This document shows, one piece after another, positions 25,396 to 37,467 of a stretch of 64,000 nt of DNA; the stretch's first letter is position 1, and every line of letters begins with the position of its first letter. The stretch comes from Phoronis australis (taxonomy: Eukaryota > Animalia > Phoronida): positions 839,566-903,565 of the forward strand of contig NMRA01000125.1 of the NCBI GenBank assembly GCA_002633005.1, given 5' to 3'. The position numbers and the translations under genes are program-made. The notes below the pieces were generated by a model. That model was given only the letters and a program-made list of their open reading frames with translations, was not told the origin of the DNA and ran no database searches.

Positions 25396-26659
25396 GTAGG
25401 TCTTGGAACAACCAATTTATTTAAACTTTTACACAAACCCGCCTCAGTCGTCAAAGGTAACTTTTGATTTAGGTCCTGGCACAGCAACACGTCCATATTG
25501 CGGTATTTACCCACAATGCTAAAACATCTATCAAGCAATTTTCTACCCTCATTTTCGCGCCATTGGAGTTTCGTATGTTAATTATTGGTGCCTAGCTTTT
25601 TTCAAACTTTTCTAGACTGCTTATAACGGTATTCGTTGTTCCAATAACAGAGACGCTTTACTCCTGTGCTGCCGGCTGCAACTTCGACTGCAGGAAGTTG
25701 GATAAACTTGAGAATATCCGTGGATGCGATATTTTCCCACGACGGTGATTACTAGAATTAGTTAAACGTTTTTAAAACGAGTCCAATGTAACTATGCGTG
25801 TTCTTGCCTCCAGGTGAAAAGAGATTTCTATCGGGGCCGTCCTATGCTCAGCCTTGAGCTCATTTCTGGACTTGTAGTGCGTACATGTGGTGTCAAAACC
25901 AGCTGGGTAGTTACACGGTCGTTACGCTTCATACACGGAACATAGCCGGCCTGAAAGAACTCAACAGGCTGTTGTGACAAAATAAGTTGAGAGCAAAATT
26001 TCAACGGTAAATGGAAGTACTATAAAACAAACGTTCTTTGACAAAATGTAGGTTTGCAGCGAGCTGCCTTAAGTAGTGTTGACTGCGCACCTTAAAGTTA
26101 TGGAGGACCTGGAAAAACTGTCCGATTTTGGCCAACTTCGGAACATCATATCTCAGAAATGGCTGATAGATTTACTTGAAACTTTCAAAAATTATACTGT
26201 AGTTTGCCTTGGCGGCAGATTTTCTTGTCCACAAACAGTAAATAAGCTATTTTGATCGGAAGAATTGCTTTCAATCTACCTACGTGAATACCAGACAGGA
26301 ATTTGAGTCGCCAATTGGAAAGAACGCAACTGGAGCTGGTCAAAAACACCACTAGTCGTTTATTCAATATGATTGTTTTTAAAATATTGGACTTCAATGA
26401 AAAAACGTTAAAGTTGTAGAAAACGAAAACGATATGGCATTTGAGAAATTTAACTGTAACGACGTTTTTAAGATATTACTTTGAACATCATGTTATTGAT
26501 TCTGTTGTTTTGCTCAGTTATCAATGTGCATTTTGCCAAAGACATAGTCACGTGACCCAATTAATGGCATATTGGTAGAAAGCCAAAAGTCAAGTATGAC
26601 AGACTTTCTGTTTTCAAAAAATAGATACTTTTACTGTATTAAAATTTATAGTTTTTCAT

Positions 26660-26896
26660 AAGCGCACCGGCCAAGCCTAAAAAATGGGGGCTCGAATTTT
26701 TGAGAAAGTGGACCTTTTACTAAGATTAACAGAGTAGAGCTATGAATTGTGCATTCGCGGAATTTTGGTAGTTCCTGACTTTAGCGGACTTTTGTATCGT
26801 TTTCTGCTTTTTTCGGAGGTTTTGTTTCTCTGAGGCCGACTTTCTCCCCCCTTCGCCAATGGGGAGGGGGCTCGAGAGCCCCTGATTGCGGGCATG
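26660..26896. mobile_element. Degenerate copy of the CATGCGCGCACC MITE family, reverse orientation
   Basis: GGGGGCTCGAATTTTTGAGAAAGTGGACCTTTTAC is the reverse complement of the 8877-9135 core. Confidence 0.6.
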
Positions 26897-27882
26897 TTTT
26901 TAGCTATTAGGTTAAATGCAATTCTATGCCTTACATAACATTATTGAACAGGGCTGCAAGCACCGTTATGCCGTGGTACTGAGTAAAGCTGTCCCTTGCC
27001 CTCACAGAACGTACGGCCGCACTTAAAATGATAAAGATGATCTCGTATTGTTCGTCCTACATTCTCCCCGCATTGCCAAACCAAACTTTCAACAGAAGAG
27101 TTTTTGAAAGTATTGATTTGCTTTTATAACTATATACCACGTGTATTTCACGTGGATAATGTGCCGATATGATACAGTATGTCCTTCAAACACTACATGG
27201 TCGAATAATGGGTAATCACAGCCTAATGTGGCCAGGCTGCGCTGTTCTTATGTTGAATTTGATTCAACACCAGAACAGATGGTCAAAAAAACAAGAAAAC
27301 TGCTATCCACAAGCTGCACGAGGTCTTCTGCTCCAATTAGGCCCCCTACTGTGTGCAGCGATACCAACAGGGGACAGACCTACACGTATGAATTATTAGC
27401 TAAATATGTGTCTCACACTTGAGATTTGAGTCTTCGTTAGCCGTGCTATTCACTTTCCAAGAAGTTTTGCCTACGTCATAGACCTGAGACTCGTGTAGAA
27501 TTCTCATTCTCTATGTCTAAGCCTTTTTCACCAATTGTGAAGTGAGAACGTAAGATCAAGTACTTGTCTTGAGCAGTAAGTCATTCCTCAGAAGCGGACC
27601 ACAGAGCAAGGAAACCTTAACGGTGCATATGTTCGACCGTAAATTGTTCTAAAAATTCCGTTTCTCAACACTACTGCGTGTGCGTATACGCACTTGTTTT
27701 AAAATGCACAAACCACATGTAAGTTTTTAAGATTTATTCTTTCCTTGAAGCAGAGTGCGTGCATCTTGGAAGTGGTAGAATTTGCATTTATTTTTGCAAA
27801 TACAGGCACTTGCCCCACAGTGCTGAAGTCGTGACTCCTCTGCTCTTTCCATTGCTGTTCAAGTACGCGAAACTTTTGACAG

Positions 27883-28120
27883 GTTGTTGGTAAAAAGACC
27901 CTGAAGAACTACACCTATCCCCACCGCAAGGGTGCACTTGGGGACATGCCGAGCACTGGCGGAGATTTGTTTGTGCACGCCAAGTGCCATAAGAAAAGCA
28001 AACTGTTCGAGCTGACGCAAAAACTAATGAAAGAGTTGCCAGCCGGAAGTGTAGACCGATTCGAGGATGTCTACGGCTGGGTGTACCAGGAGGGTCGTGA
28101 CTTGTCCGGCTTTATTGATG
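27883..28120 (+). CDS. DyP-type peroxidase, exon 4 of 7 (distal Asp motif)
   Basis: TTTTGACAG acceptor and GTAGGT donor, phase 0/1. Encodes VVGKKTLKNYTYPHRKGALGDMPSTGGDLFVHAK...GRDLSGFID(G), containing the DyP GXXDG motif. Confidence 0.93.
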
Positions 28121-29164
28121 GTAGGTAGTTTCTTCTTATATATATCGGGCTTAAACTGGCTTGAAGTTGCCTGGGGTTCTTTATTCAATTCCCCGTTTGG
28201 GCCTCTAAAAGTAGAATTCCCAGGGTGTTCTGTTCCAAGCCACCCCTCAGTTAGTTGACAACCCCATTAAAAGTAAAAGCCTCGCCCGGTAAAGTGATGT
28301 AGGACCTTATCGACCAGTCGGTGCAAATATGTATATGCACATCCAACTGTGGGATATAACACAGTGAGAGTACGGTATATATTTTTATGAAAGTAGAAAG
28401 CCTGCAGAACTTGTTTTTTTTTTGAATTTTAACAAATTCTGCAATCACTGTCGAGGAAACATGTCTTTTAATAAGTGAAGCAAACCAAGAAAGGAACATC
28501 CATAACAAAATAATCGTATCAATGACATGGCCATGTGGTCGTAAATTTTATATGATAGTTCAAAAACCCTGGTACAGTTTTCTAAAATATCATTTATTTA
28601 TTGCAACTTTTGATTTATTCATAAAAATCATAAAAGTCCTATTTTCATATCTCCTGTTCCAGAAGCGGAACATTTTAAAAACATTTCGTATTATGGTTTG
28701 TTGTAGAAGGGTATATGAAATCCTAAGTATGTGAAAGTTTCATATGGTTCCGATGAGTAATTTCTGAGCTATGATGTTGCGAAGTTAGCCTTATTTGGAC
28801 ATTTTTCCTACATAAGCTGAAGTTTGGTGCAGTTGACTGAATTTTCATGTTACATGTATAACGTGGTCAGGCTACTGTGTTCACATGTTGAAATTGTTCC
28901 AGTTGCCTAGGTGTCAGTGCTGTGCATCTACGTTTAAACCCGCTTGAAAAGTGTTCCATTGCTTTTAGGGGTTACACTGTCTTTCGTGTTGGTTTAAAAC
29001 AGCGGTTTAACTTGAAAACCAGAGTAAATAACATCCGTGGCATAAGTGTGGGATTCATGTCGTTAAGTGGAGACTGGGTGCGAAATCCATCGTTGTTTCA
29101 TCGTTGATGCGCCATTAGAAGTGGTGAGATTACTCCCAATGTTTATCTTGATTTCACAATTTAG

Positions 29165-29238
29165 GTACCGAGAACCCAGCGGACGAGGAACTGCGCTATA
29201 ACGTTGCCGTGGAGAAAGAAACTGGTGGAAGTTATGTG
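29165..29238 (+). CDS. DyP-type peroxidase, exon 5 of 7
   Basis: TTTTAG acceptor and GTAAGC donor, phase 1/0. Encodes (G)TENPADEELRYNVAVEKETGGSYV, completing DGTENP and GGSY. Confidence 0.92.
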
Positions 29239-29538
29239 GTAAGCCTGCTAAAATAGACATTAACATGTTGATCTTTGAGTTAAGAAACGACAAGATTTCC
29301 TCTAGCAATGTGCTACATCCGGGACAACATGATGGAGGACACTTTCCTTACCAGAGACTCTCGAGTGCAAAAATGATCAATTGCATGGTTTAAGTTTTCA
29401 GGCCACGCGACTAGTCTTGAGTCAAATGTCGAGGTTGGTGGCATGGGATCCAAGAGTTTTCAAAAGATTATGATGGTTTGAATTGAGAGGGAACCTGTTT
29501 GGAATGTTTGTCATCAGATCAATTGGCGTTTTCTTTAG

Positions 29539-29683
29539 ATCACGCAGAAATGGATACATGATTTCAACGTCATCAACAAGACACCAACCAAACAACTGGA
29601 GCAGTTTGTTGGAAGATCTAAAGAAGACAGCGTGGAACTGAGACGGAAAGCTGCGTCGGCGCATGTGGCCCGCATGACCGGAG
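29539..29683 (+). CDS. DyP-type peroxidase, exon 6 of 7 (proximal His)
   Basis: TTCTTTAG acceptor and GTAAGT donor, phase 0/1. Encodes ITQKWIHDF...EQFVGRSKEDSVELRRKAASAHVARMTG. Confidence 0.92.
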
Positions 29684-29974
29684 GTAAGTTAAAGTTTCCT
29701 GATGCCATTCTAAGTGAGAGACAACCGTTTCACAATGTCAGTATGCGAACCCTCATTTATCGTAGGGCACTTAGCTTCAATTATTAGTGCCCTGGACCTT
29801 GTATTCAACTACAAAAGTGTAAAAATCAAGTTTCCCGCATAATGTGTGCGTTTACTTGATTGAGCGAATGCTGACAGCATCACCATCGCCGACTCACTAT
29901 TGAACCGTATTTGCAACCACTTCAACACTTTCCACTGCTTTCTCTTCATATCGACTTTTCTATTATCCATACAG

Positions 29975-30225
29975 GTACCAATTTCGTGCAGAAGAAAGCG
30001 TTTCAAATCGTCCGCCAATCCCAGCCGTACGGCACGGTTAACGGGGAAGCGGGTCTGTTCTTCATCGGATACGCTGCGTCTCCGGAGAACTTCGAATTCA
30101 TGCTCGATCGCATGGTAGGTGCTGGCGGTGACGGCCACAACGATGACATCATGAAACTCACGGTTTGCGTGAAAGGAACCTATTGGTACTTTCCCAGCCT
30201 TCAGCAGTTGAGAAGTATGGCGTAG
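29975..30225 (+). CDS. DyP-type peroxidase, exon 7 of 7 (distal Arg, C-terminus)
   Basis: CATACAG acceptor, phase 1. Encodes IVRQSQPYG...GLFFIGYA...MLDRMVG...DDIMKLT...GTYWYFPS, then TAG. Joined CDS is 1128 nt (375 aa). Confidence 0.93.
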
Positions 30226-30423
30226 AGAGTTGGGAAATTAGCAATGCACATGGCCAGGATGTCCCCAGACAGGGTTAATTATATGAAAATTTTTATGGAT
30301 GTTAATTGTTCTAATCATTTGTATATCGTTTTCATTATTGGCTGCAGCATTTGTTATGAAAACTTCTCATTACTTTGTTATCGTAACAAATTCGTTGTTT
30401 CTAGGCATACTAATCCAGAGAAA

Positions 30424-30502
30424 TGTGGTCCAGCGTATTATGTACAGTGTTGTCCCAAGTACATGTGCTCCAGCGTAGTGTGTACAGTGTAGTCCCAAGT
30501 AG
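30424..30502. repeat. Degenerate ~39-bp tandem duplication in the DyP 3' UTR
   Basis: TCCAGCGTA...TGTACAGTGT.GTCCCAAGTA occurs twice. Confidence 0.6.
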
Positions 30503-30666
30503 GTACAATGTCCAATGTCTGGTATCACTAGTCCATGTGCAAACGGCTTACGTGCAGTGCTGTTTAAGTCCAACTTCACGAAACGTAATATCGTTATATT
30601 CTATAACATTGAATGTGTTGCGCACCTTTCTGTCCTCTGTATTGTGTTTAATAGACAACGTTCCAA

Positions 30667-30672
30667 AATAAA
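30667..30672 (+). terminator. Putative polyadenylation signal of the DyP gene
   Basis: AATAAA ~440 nt after the stop codon. Confidence 0.5.
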
Positions 30673-32162
30673 GGGAACTTTTGAATAAGTTTCCGCGTTG
30701 TTCCTAACTTGGAGTCCTACATACAATGCTCTCTCTCCGTTTACAACAATGCACCATGTCATGCACCATCAGTCCTGTAGTCCATCGAATACGCTCTTGA
30801 TGAACGCCAATAAGGAAACTGTAATTTAAATTGCCTATACTCATCCCGAACATCTCCGATATTTTCGTATACTCAAATATCCCCTCGGAGTTGAACGTTA
30901 TCTCCTCATGTGCTGATTAAATTGTCAAACCTTTCCTTGGTGAATGATTGAAGGTACAGTATGAGTGAACTAGCTCGTATACGAACAGATAATTTTCATC
31001 TTCGAGAGGAATGAATACGGGGCTGCAGAAATATCCGAAGTGTTCCGGATGTCCCATGGAGTTACTCCTAAACGACCCATTTTTGCTGATGGGCCCAGAC
31101 CACCTAAACTTTCCATAGACTGTAAAAATTGGCAAGTCACGTGTCATGCTTTGAGTGAAGGTTCACATCCCTAGCAACTTTATGATTGGTCAATTTTCGA
31201 CTAGTCTAGTATGGTGTAGCCTGAAGTTAAGTTGTCGCGGTCACGGGTCCAGCAGCAGCTAACATGTCAAAACACACATAAGAAGAACAATAACAATGTT
31301 TTACTCGAGACCAAAGTTGTAACATGCACACAATTCGATATTTTACACACTGCTGTGTTAAAGGAAACAGTCATGCTCGCTGTATGAGATAGATATATAA
31401 ACGAAAATCAACAGGCGAGGGTCATTCTAGATTTTTTCTGTCGCCATTGGGGGCGTGTGAAAACAAATTTCTCACAAATTCTCACCGTCTCCCGAATCCC
31501 CCGTTGATTGTACAAGAACGCATACAACTGAATTAACTTGAGGTTGTTTGTTACATGTATATGCTTTAACGCCACAACACAATAATTATTGGGTCATAGT
31601 CCGGGGCGGGGGGGGGGNGGTTGGCAATCCCACCGCCGATTCTGGCAAAACCGAAAGAAAAAAAACTTGGCGTCGGAGCATCTAGTGAGAAAATACGGTG
31701 AAATTGGTAACGGGGGCGAAGTTGGTAGCGACCGGGGTAGGGGTGAAATTCTTCCACTGCTCTTGGGCAGTACTATTCTATAGGCGGACGAAAAGCCAAG
31801 AGCAGATACGTTCGAGTGGAAACATTACACGTTTCGACCCTGGCCAGATAAGTTGTGTCCTTATAGATGTATCTCCTCCGCTCCGCTCTTCTGTTCTAAT
31901 AATCTCTTTGAGTAGCTAGTATTGAAACTCTGTATTGTTTAACACCGGACTTTCGACCATAGCCAGCTCATACAAACGGTGTATAACGCATACTGATTAT
32001 CCACGGTACTACGATCAATACATGGAGTCGACAAAATCAAGAACTTAATCTGCTGCAACGATGCTGCAAAACCAATAGGATGTGCCCAGATATAACTTTC
32101 CATAACTATCATATCAATGTTGACTTTACTAAGTTCAGCTGCGCTCACGTGCTCATTCAATA

Positions 32163-32701
32163 CTAGTCAACTTTATGTTCGTCAAGTTTGTTTATGTCTG
32201 TTTGCATTTTGGCGCGCAAAGCGAATGCCTGCCTGCCAATCTCCATATTCGTCTGCGAAAAGTCAATAACGTCACCGCCGTCAATGTCCTCCTCAAACAC
32301 TTCAGCAGTGAGGACACTAGAGAGATCTTTTTCTCCAACTCCCTGTTTGTCCACAGCATTTGCTATTGAACCATTTATGTTATATTGAGAATAAAATATG
32401 CCTATAATATCACCGCGTTTCACTTTAATTCTATCCGCCGTGTTGAGTTCCACGTATTGAGTCTGAAGCGCGTGAGCAGGTGGAAGTTCATTTTCACCCA
32501 CAAGCTTGAAACCATAGGTTTGCTCACCGGTTTTCCTCCACACGCTTACGTTGGCGCAGACTTTTGTATCGCGTGGAAAGTACTCCCATGCTATGACTTC
32601 GCCATCTGTCGGAAATGTCCATTCCAACATCAATCTCAGCCAATTGTTTCCTAAATTGGGCAGAAACTCCGGCGCCCTCCCGACGTAGATTGTCTTCATT
32701 T
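32163..32701 (-). CDS. Uncharacterised protein, terminal exon encoding a ~180-aa beta-rich domain; 5' exons unresolved
   Basis: Long protein-like ORF (MKTIYVGRAP...LEWTFPTDGEVIAWEYF...VSVWRK...FKLVGENEL...DRIKVKRGDIIGIFY) preceded by a good acceptor TATGTGTTTTAG. ATG at 32699. Confidence 0.7.
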
Positions 32702-33404
32702 CTAAAACACATAAATGAACACGTCGCATTACATAACTTTGGATTACTGGTAACATTTGCCATCTAATACATCGACATTTATGTCAACACGACACACGAG
32801 GAGTGTAAGCTTTATGCAAAGTGCAAGTTTTTGGTTTTGTAACTTTTTCAAACAGCGCACACGGATTTCATTGAACCGACTTCGAGCGTGAAGTGCATGC
32901 TCGGTATGATTTATCACTAACAGCAGCGCCAATAGGGGGTGCACATATCGCATAATTTGTAATTCCTGAGCATGATCCACTCGCAAATGAAAAGCAAAAT
33001 GGTACATCGCCGTGGCTGTCATACCCTGTGTCCTCATCTGTTGTAGCCGGTTTTGAAATTAATCTGAGTGTGATGACTATGAAGCATGTGACATGTCGTA
33101 AGATTAAATCTGCTGTAAATGGAAGGCAAGGTTGGGTACTCCGTGTATTATAGTCTAGGGTGCCAGCGAACACATTCGAAGGAGGGTATTTACCCCCAAT
33201 ACACTTAAACTGTGAATATGTGCATGAAATTCCCCGAATGAGTAAAATCGAGGCGCGATTTTTAAAATATCAAGTGAATGAGATCTGATTTAGCCTTTAC
33301 AAATTTACTGTTGAAAAGTATTTTTAAATATGAAGAAAGCCGTACCGCACACAAAGAGGATTGTCCTGTGAAACTCAGTTAGATGTATGCAAAACATACT
33401 TTGT

Positions 33405-33515
33405 CATGGGCGGCACACCATAGGGGGCTAGGGGGGGTATAGCCCCCCAATTTTTTCAGTGCAAAACATGGTCTATAGGCGGTGCACCACATGGGGACTG
33501 AGGGCGCCGCCCATG
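33405..33515. mobile_element. Short element with CATGGGCGGC TIRs
   Basis: CATGGGCGGC...GCCGCCCATG. Related CCATAGGGGG...GCCCCCC...TTTCAGTG copies at ~39995-40043, 47372-47445, 50976-51041 and 51248-51322. Confidence 0.6.
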
Positions 33516-33765
33516 TTTGTAAGGTGCGGGGCATGGGCTTGCTCGTATACAATAGTAAACTTGTCAAGAGTTTCGTGTGATGAAAGAACTTTTCGTTAAA
33601 ATATGACTTACAAAAATAGTTTTGGGGTTCAAATCGAGACTCGCAGTATTAATGTAGGGCAGCTACTATGCGCATGTCCGCCGTTTCTGCAATGAGGAGC
33701 CCCTTGTGATCGCTTCAGTGTTGGTTGGCCTGTGACAGGGGCAAGTGTAATCGTGACGATATAGT

Positions 33766-33955
33766 ATGCGCGCACCCGTGGAGGGAGGGGACGGGCGTTG
33801 GGGGCTCTAACGAGCCTCCATCCACTAAAAAGTCAGGAACTGCCAAAATTCGGCGAATGCACAGTTCATAGTTCTGAACGTACCCCTTAAATCTCAGTAA
33901 AAGGTCCATATTCTCAAAAATTCGAGCCCCCCATTTTTAGCCTGGGTGTGCGCAT
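33766..33955. mobile_element. CATGCGCGCACC-family MITE copy
   Basis: ATGCGCGCACCC...GGGTGTGCGCAT termini and a core shared with 8877-9135. Confidence 0.6.
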
Positions 33956-35763
33956 TTACAGGGAGTCCTGAGCCGAACCGTCTCAACGGCAGATGGACTG
34001 TGGGGTTTGACAGAACACCCCCACATCTGTGTCCAGGCATTGTCCATCTAAAATAATACTGTTTGACCTACTGATGGAAATAAGCATTACCAAGGAGTAA
34101 AAAGTATAATTCTGACCATTCGCCACGTAAGATTCACATCTTTCTGAGACGGATGTAAAATTTATAGCTTTCATTTACGTTTGATCAGTCACATATATCA
34201 CTTACCACCACCGATTGTTTTTCAGAAAGAAACAATGCTTTCAATTCAAATGCAAAGGCGATGGTAATAAAGAACAGATTCAAGTTCATAACTCCATACA
34301 AATCTCACACTACCCTTCCAAGCCAGTTGGAACAGAGCCATCGATATCCTGCGACTACTTAACCCCAGTTACAAACGTGCAATTACTGGAAAAACGATTT
34401 TCAAGTAAAGACTACCAAAGACCCTTAATCATCGCGAAGTTCAAGTGCCGACCTGGATCAACTGCAGCCATCTACATGTACAGTGGGTGGCACTGAGCAG
34501 TTAGGTTGCGGCCGCGGCCAATTTGCAGTGCCAAAAAAACTAAATTCTTAGAACAGGTCAGGCTTGGGGCAGTTTTTAGATAGGCGTTGCATGCAGGCTC
34601 AGGGAGCCTGGTTTATTTGCATTTTTGAACTTGTTAGGAATGAGGAAAGACCACTTGCTTGGCTGTAGTTGCATTCTTCTTCAAGATGACGCCCCCTGTT
34701 GGATTTGTTCGCTGCATGGTAGCGACTGAGAGAAATGGGCTGCGATTTTAGGCAGGCCTCAAACAAGTCACATTTGCAAAAAATAGTTGGTTGACTTTAC
34801 CTTTGAACCACATTTCTGGATTCTGGAAGAAATTTGTTTTCAGAATCTATTGTTGGTTTATGTCGCCCATCGGCAGAGGAGTGACGGTTTTGGCCGGGGT
34901 GAAAAGTGACATTTTTTGTGTTTTCTTTTCCCCATTTTAACCTACCTTGCTTTTCGGTAGGAGTGAAAGGACCAAAAGTACAAGACGGAATAAAGTTTCC
35001 GTGCTCATCTGTAGGGCTTGTGATGTGAAATGACTCAAAACTGTCATGTCGGTTTTCGACAGAATGGAGAAAGGGACAACTGATTCCATCGATATAGGCG
35101 GATTTAGGGTGGGGCCAGGAGGCCCCCCCTTGGCTCCCACAAAAAATAAAACAGCAAGAGCGTGAGAAAATATTGAGTTAATAATTAATCCCGGTAATTA
35201 ACATGCGGCTGAGGGGTGACTTAGTGTACATACAGACCGCCGGCTACAGACCGTCGGCGCAATCGTTTTCCCATTTTTTTTTACTCCGATTGTTTTAGTA
35301 GTACGTCCACATCCTCAGAACTCAGAAATTCCACCCCCCCCCCATCTTTTAGGCTAGGTGCGCGCATGCAATCGTGCTTTTCGCGTTTGCCCGAGACAGA
35401 ATGTTGGGCCCCTTTATGACATCCTAGATCCGCTATTGATTGTCGTGTGTTATGCTGAGCAAAACCCAGTGATAACTATTCTGTGCCCTCCGTGTGTACG
35501 CAACTGGGGTTTGCTGGCAAAACCGTCTCGTCACCGATTCGGATAACCTGAAACTAAGTGCCAAACAACGTGCCGTGAAAATCCACGGTATTTTGTGAGT
35601 CTGACTGAAAATAGCTCGGCAAATGGACAGTTTACGAAACGAGAAGAGGAAGAAACAAGCGGACGGAAGTAGTCTCTTGGCATTACTGTTGATGTCCGAT
35701 AGTACGAGACACTGTTGTGCTTTTTCGTCTGATAATCGGACCGAATCTAAGTAAGATAATTAA

Positions 35764-36053
35764 TGTGACGGGACGTTCGTAACTACGCTTATTGTTATTC
35801 TTATTTAGTTGCAAATGTTCAGTTATTCTTATGCTAATGTCTTTGTTGCGTCTCTGTTCGCCTTTGTTACGGGGGCATGTGGGCGCGACTGTATGTGTCG
35901 GGCACTTCGCTAGCGACAGGCTTAGGAGAAGGGTGTTTCCTTCTTTTGCTTTCATGGAAAGTTGATCGTTATCATGTGCAAATTGAACTGAAACGAATGC
36001 CTGATGAGAGAAAATACATATTCTGAAGTCCAGTGGAGACTTACTCTGTTACA
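35764..36053 (+). repeat. 5' LTR
   Basis: TGTGAC...GTTACA, 290 bp; matches 38771-39060 base for base by eye. Confidence 0.95.
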
Positions 36054-36055
36054 TT

Positions 36056-36068
36056 TGGCGCCCAACGT
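36056..36068 (+). other. Primer binding site (tRNA-Lys CUU type)
   Basis: TGGCGCCCAACGT starts 2 nt after the LTR and matches the first 13 nt of the canonical Lys1,2 PBS TGGCGCCCAACGTGGGGC. Confidence 0.85.
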
Positions 36069-36522
36069 AAATCGAACAAACCAGAACTTTTCTCTGACGA
36101 CGTCTGTAAAATTATGACCGTGCTACGGCCTTGCATGGAAAGTTGAACTGCTTGCTGACTTTACAAGACTTATGTCGCGACTCGGGTAAGAATTTTCTGG
36201 AAAGGACAATGTCTTAATTTGCTACTGTGGTCACAAGTTCGTGGTGGTGTCTGGAACGGATCCTCGTGCTCGCCAAGAACGGAACTTTCTGGACTATGTG
36301 TTTGACGACGCCCTATCCTGCAGGAAACTGGACTCAGTTGCATTTTGTGTCACTGAAAATGTTTTGTGTTACTGTTGTTTGACATAAGTTCACTTGATGT
36401 GCCGGGTATTGAGAGTTCTTTAATTTCTTAAGCTAGTGTATTTTCATGCTGTAGGTCGAGTTATCTCACATTATTGGGGTGATTCTAAGTTTGTTCATGT
36501 TCCGTATATTTCATCCTTTGTC

Positions 36523-37467
36523 ATGGATTCGCTGTGTGACAAATGTGTGATTGTTGGTGACGTACCAGAGTGTGAGGATGGTGAGTTGTTGAATTTTCTG
36601 CCCGCTGAAATTCGCAATGGCGTTAAGCATGCTTGGCGAGTTAACTTATCCTTTTATATCGTCTTTGATTCTGAAAAAATGGTTAACAAGTGTGTTAATT
36701 TTGTACGTAAGAACCATTTCAAGGATTTCAAATTGAAAATTTCAAAAGCTACTGTTACTGATGAGTCATTTCTCCGTGAATGTGCCGGTAAAAGTGATGA
36801 AAATATGTCATCGTTGATTTCATTGATAGGGGAGCTGTCTCCTGTTCAAAAGAAAATTGTGTCATCTGTTGTTGGGTCCGACGACCCTAGCAGTGTTGAG
36901 AGTAAACATGCGTCTTCAAGTGTGAACTCATGGGGTAATGTTTTTCATAGTGACCTTGTTCGCTTACCCGCATTTTCAGGTAGTGAGAGCTCGGGTGTTT
37001 CCTTTCAGCAGTGGTTAGGCGAAGTTCAGTGTTTGCAGGTTACGTTGCAAAACGATGGTTTTCTGAAACAAGCTATCAGACGCTCATTGAGGGGCAGTGC
37101 GGCTGAATTGCTTGAATGTGATTTGTCTGTAAACGAATTGCTTAGTAAGTTAAAGTCTAGATACGGTGATGTGTTACCTGTTGGAAAAATTGTTGAAAAA
37201 TTCTACAGTTCTAGACAGGATAAAAATGAAAGCGTTACCCAATGGGCTGGGCGCTTAGAGAAATTAGTAGTTCAAATGAAAATGTCTGAATCATGTCCCA
37301 TTCCGAAAGAGGCGCTGCCATCTGTGCTAAAATCACATTTTGTGTCTGGTTTGCTGTCAAATGACGTCAGACTTGGTCTAAAGCATTTTGTGGAACACAA
37401 TAGTGAAGAATCATTTGACGAGCTACTGATTTACGCCCGTCGTTTAGACATTGAGTTCAGCAGAAAA
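36523..37467 (+). CDS. gag: Retrotransposon Gag, PNMA-like capsid (truncated by gap)
   Basis: LPAFSG...SFQQW...AIRRSLRGSAAELL...LKSRYG...FYSSRQDKNESVTQWAGRLE is a Gypsy/PNMA-type capsid with a major-homology-like region. Open frame up to the N-gap. Confidence 0.88.

Larger units (their letters stand above)
23103..25469. repeat. ~1.18-kb tandem duplication (23103-24288 / 24290-25469) joined by a single N; probable uncollapsed haplotypes
   Basis: Near-identical copies with scattered SNPs and indels in the intronic part, identical exon copies, and N at 24289. Confidence 0.9.

Noticed and set aside
19072-30225. Bacterial contamination as the source of the DyP
   Set aside because: It has six spliceosomal introns, host-type MITEs inside the introns, and continuous sequence with RNF103.
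35683-35955. Antisense ORF MKAKEGNTLLLS..., repeated at 38465-38962
   Set aside because: It is the reverse frame of the LTR and appears twice only because the LTR does.
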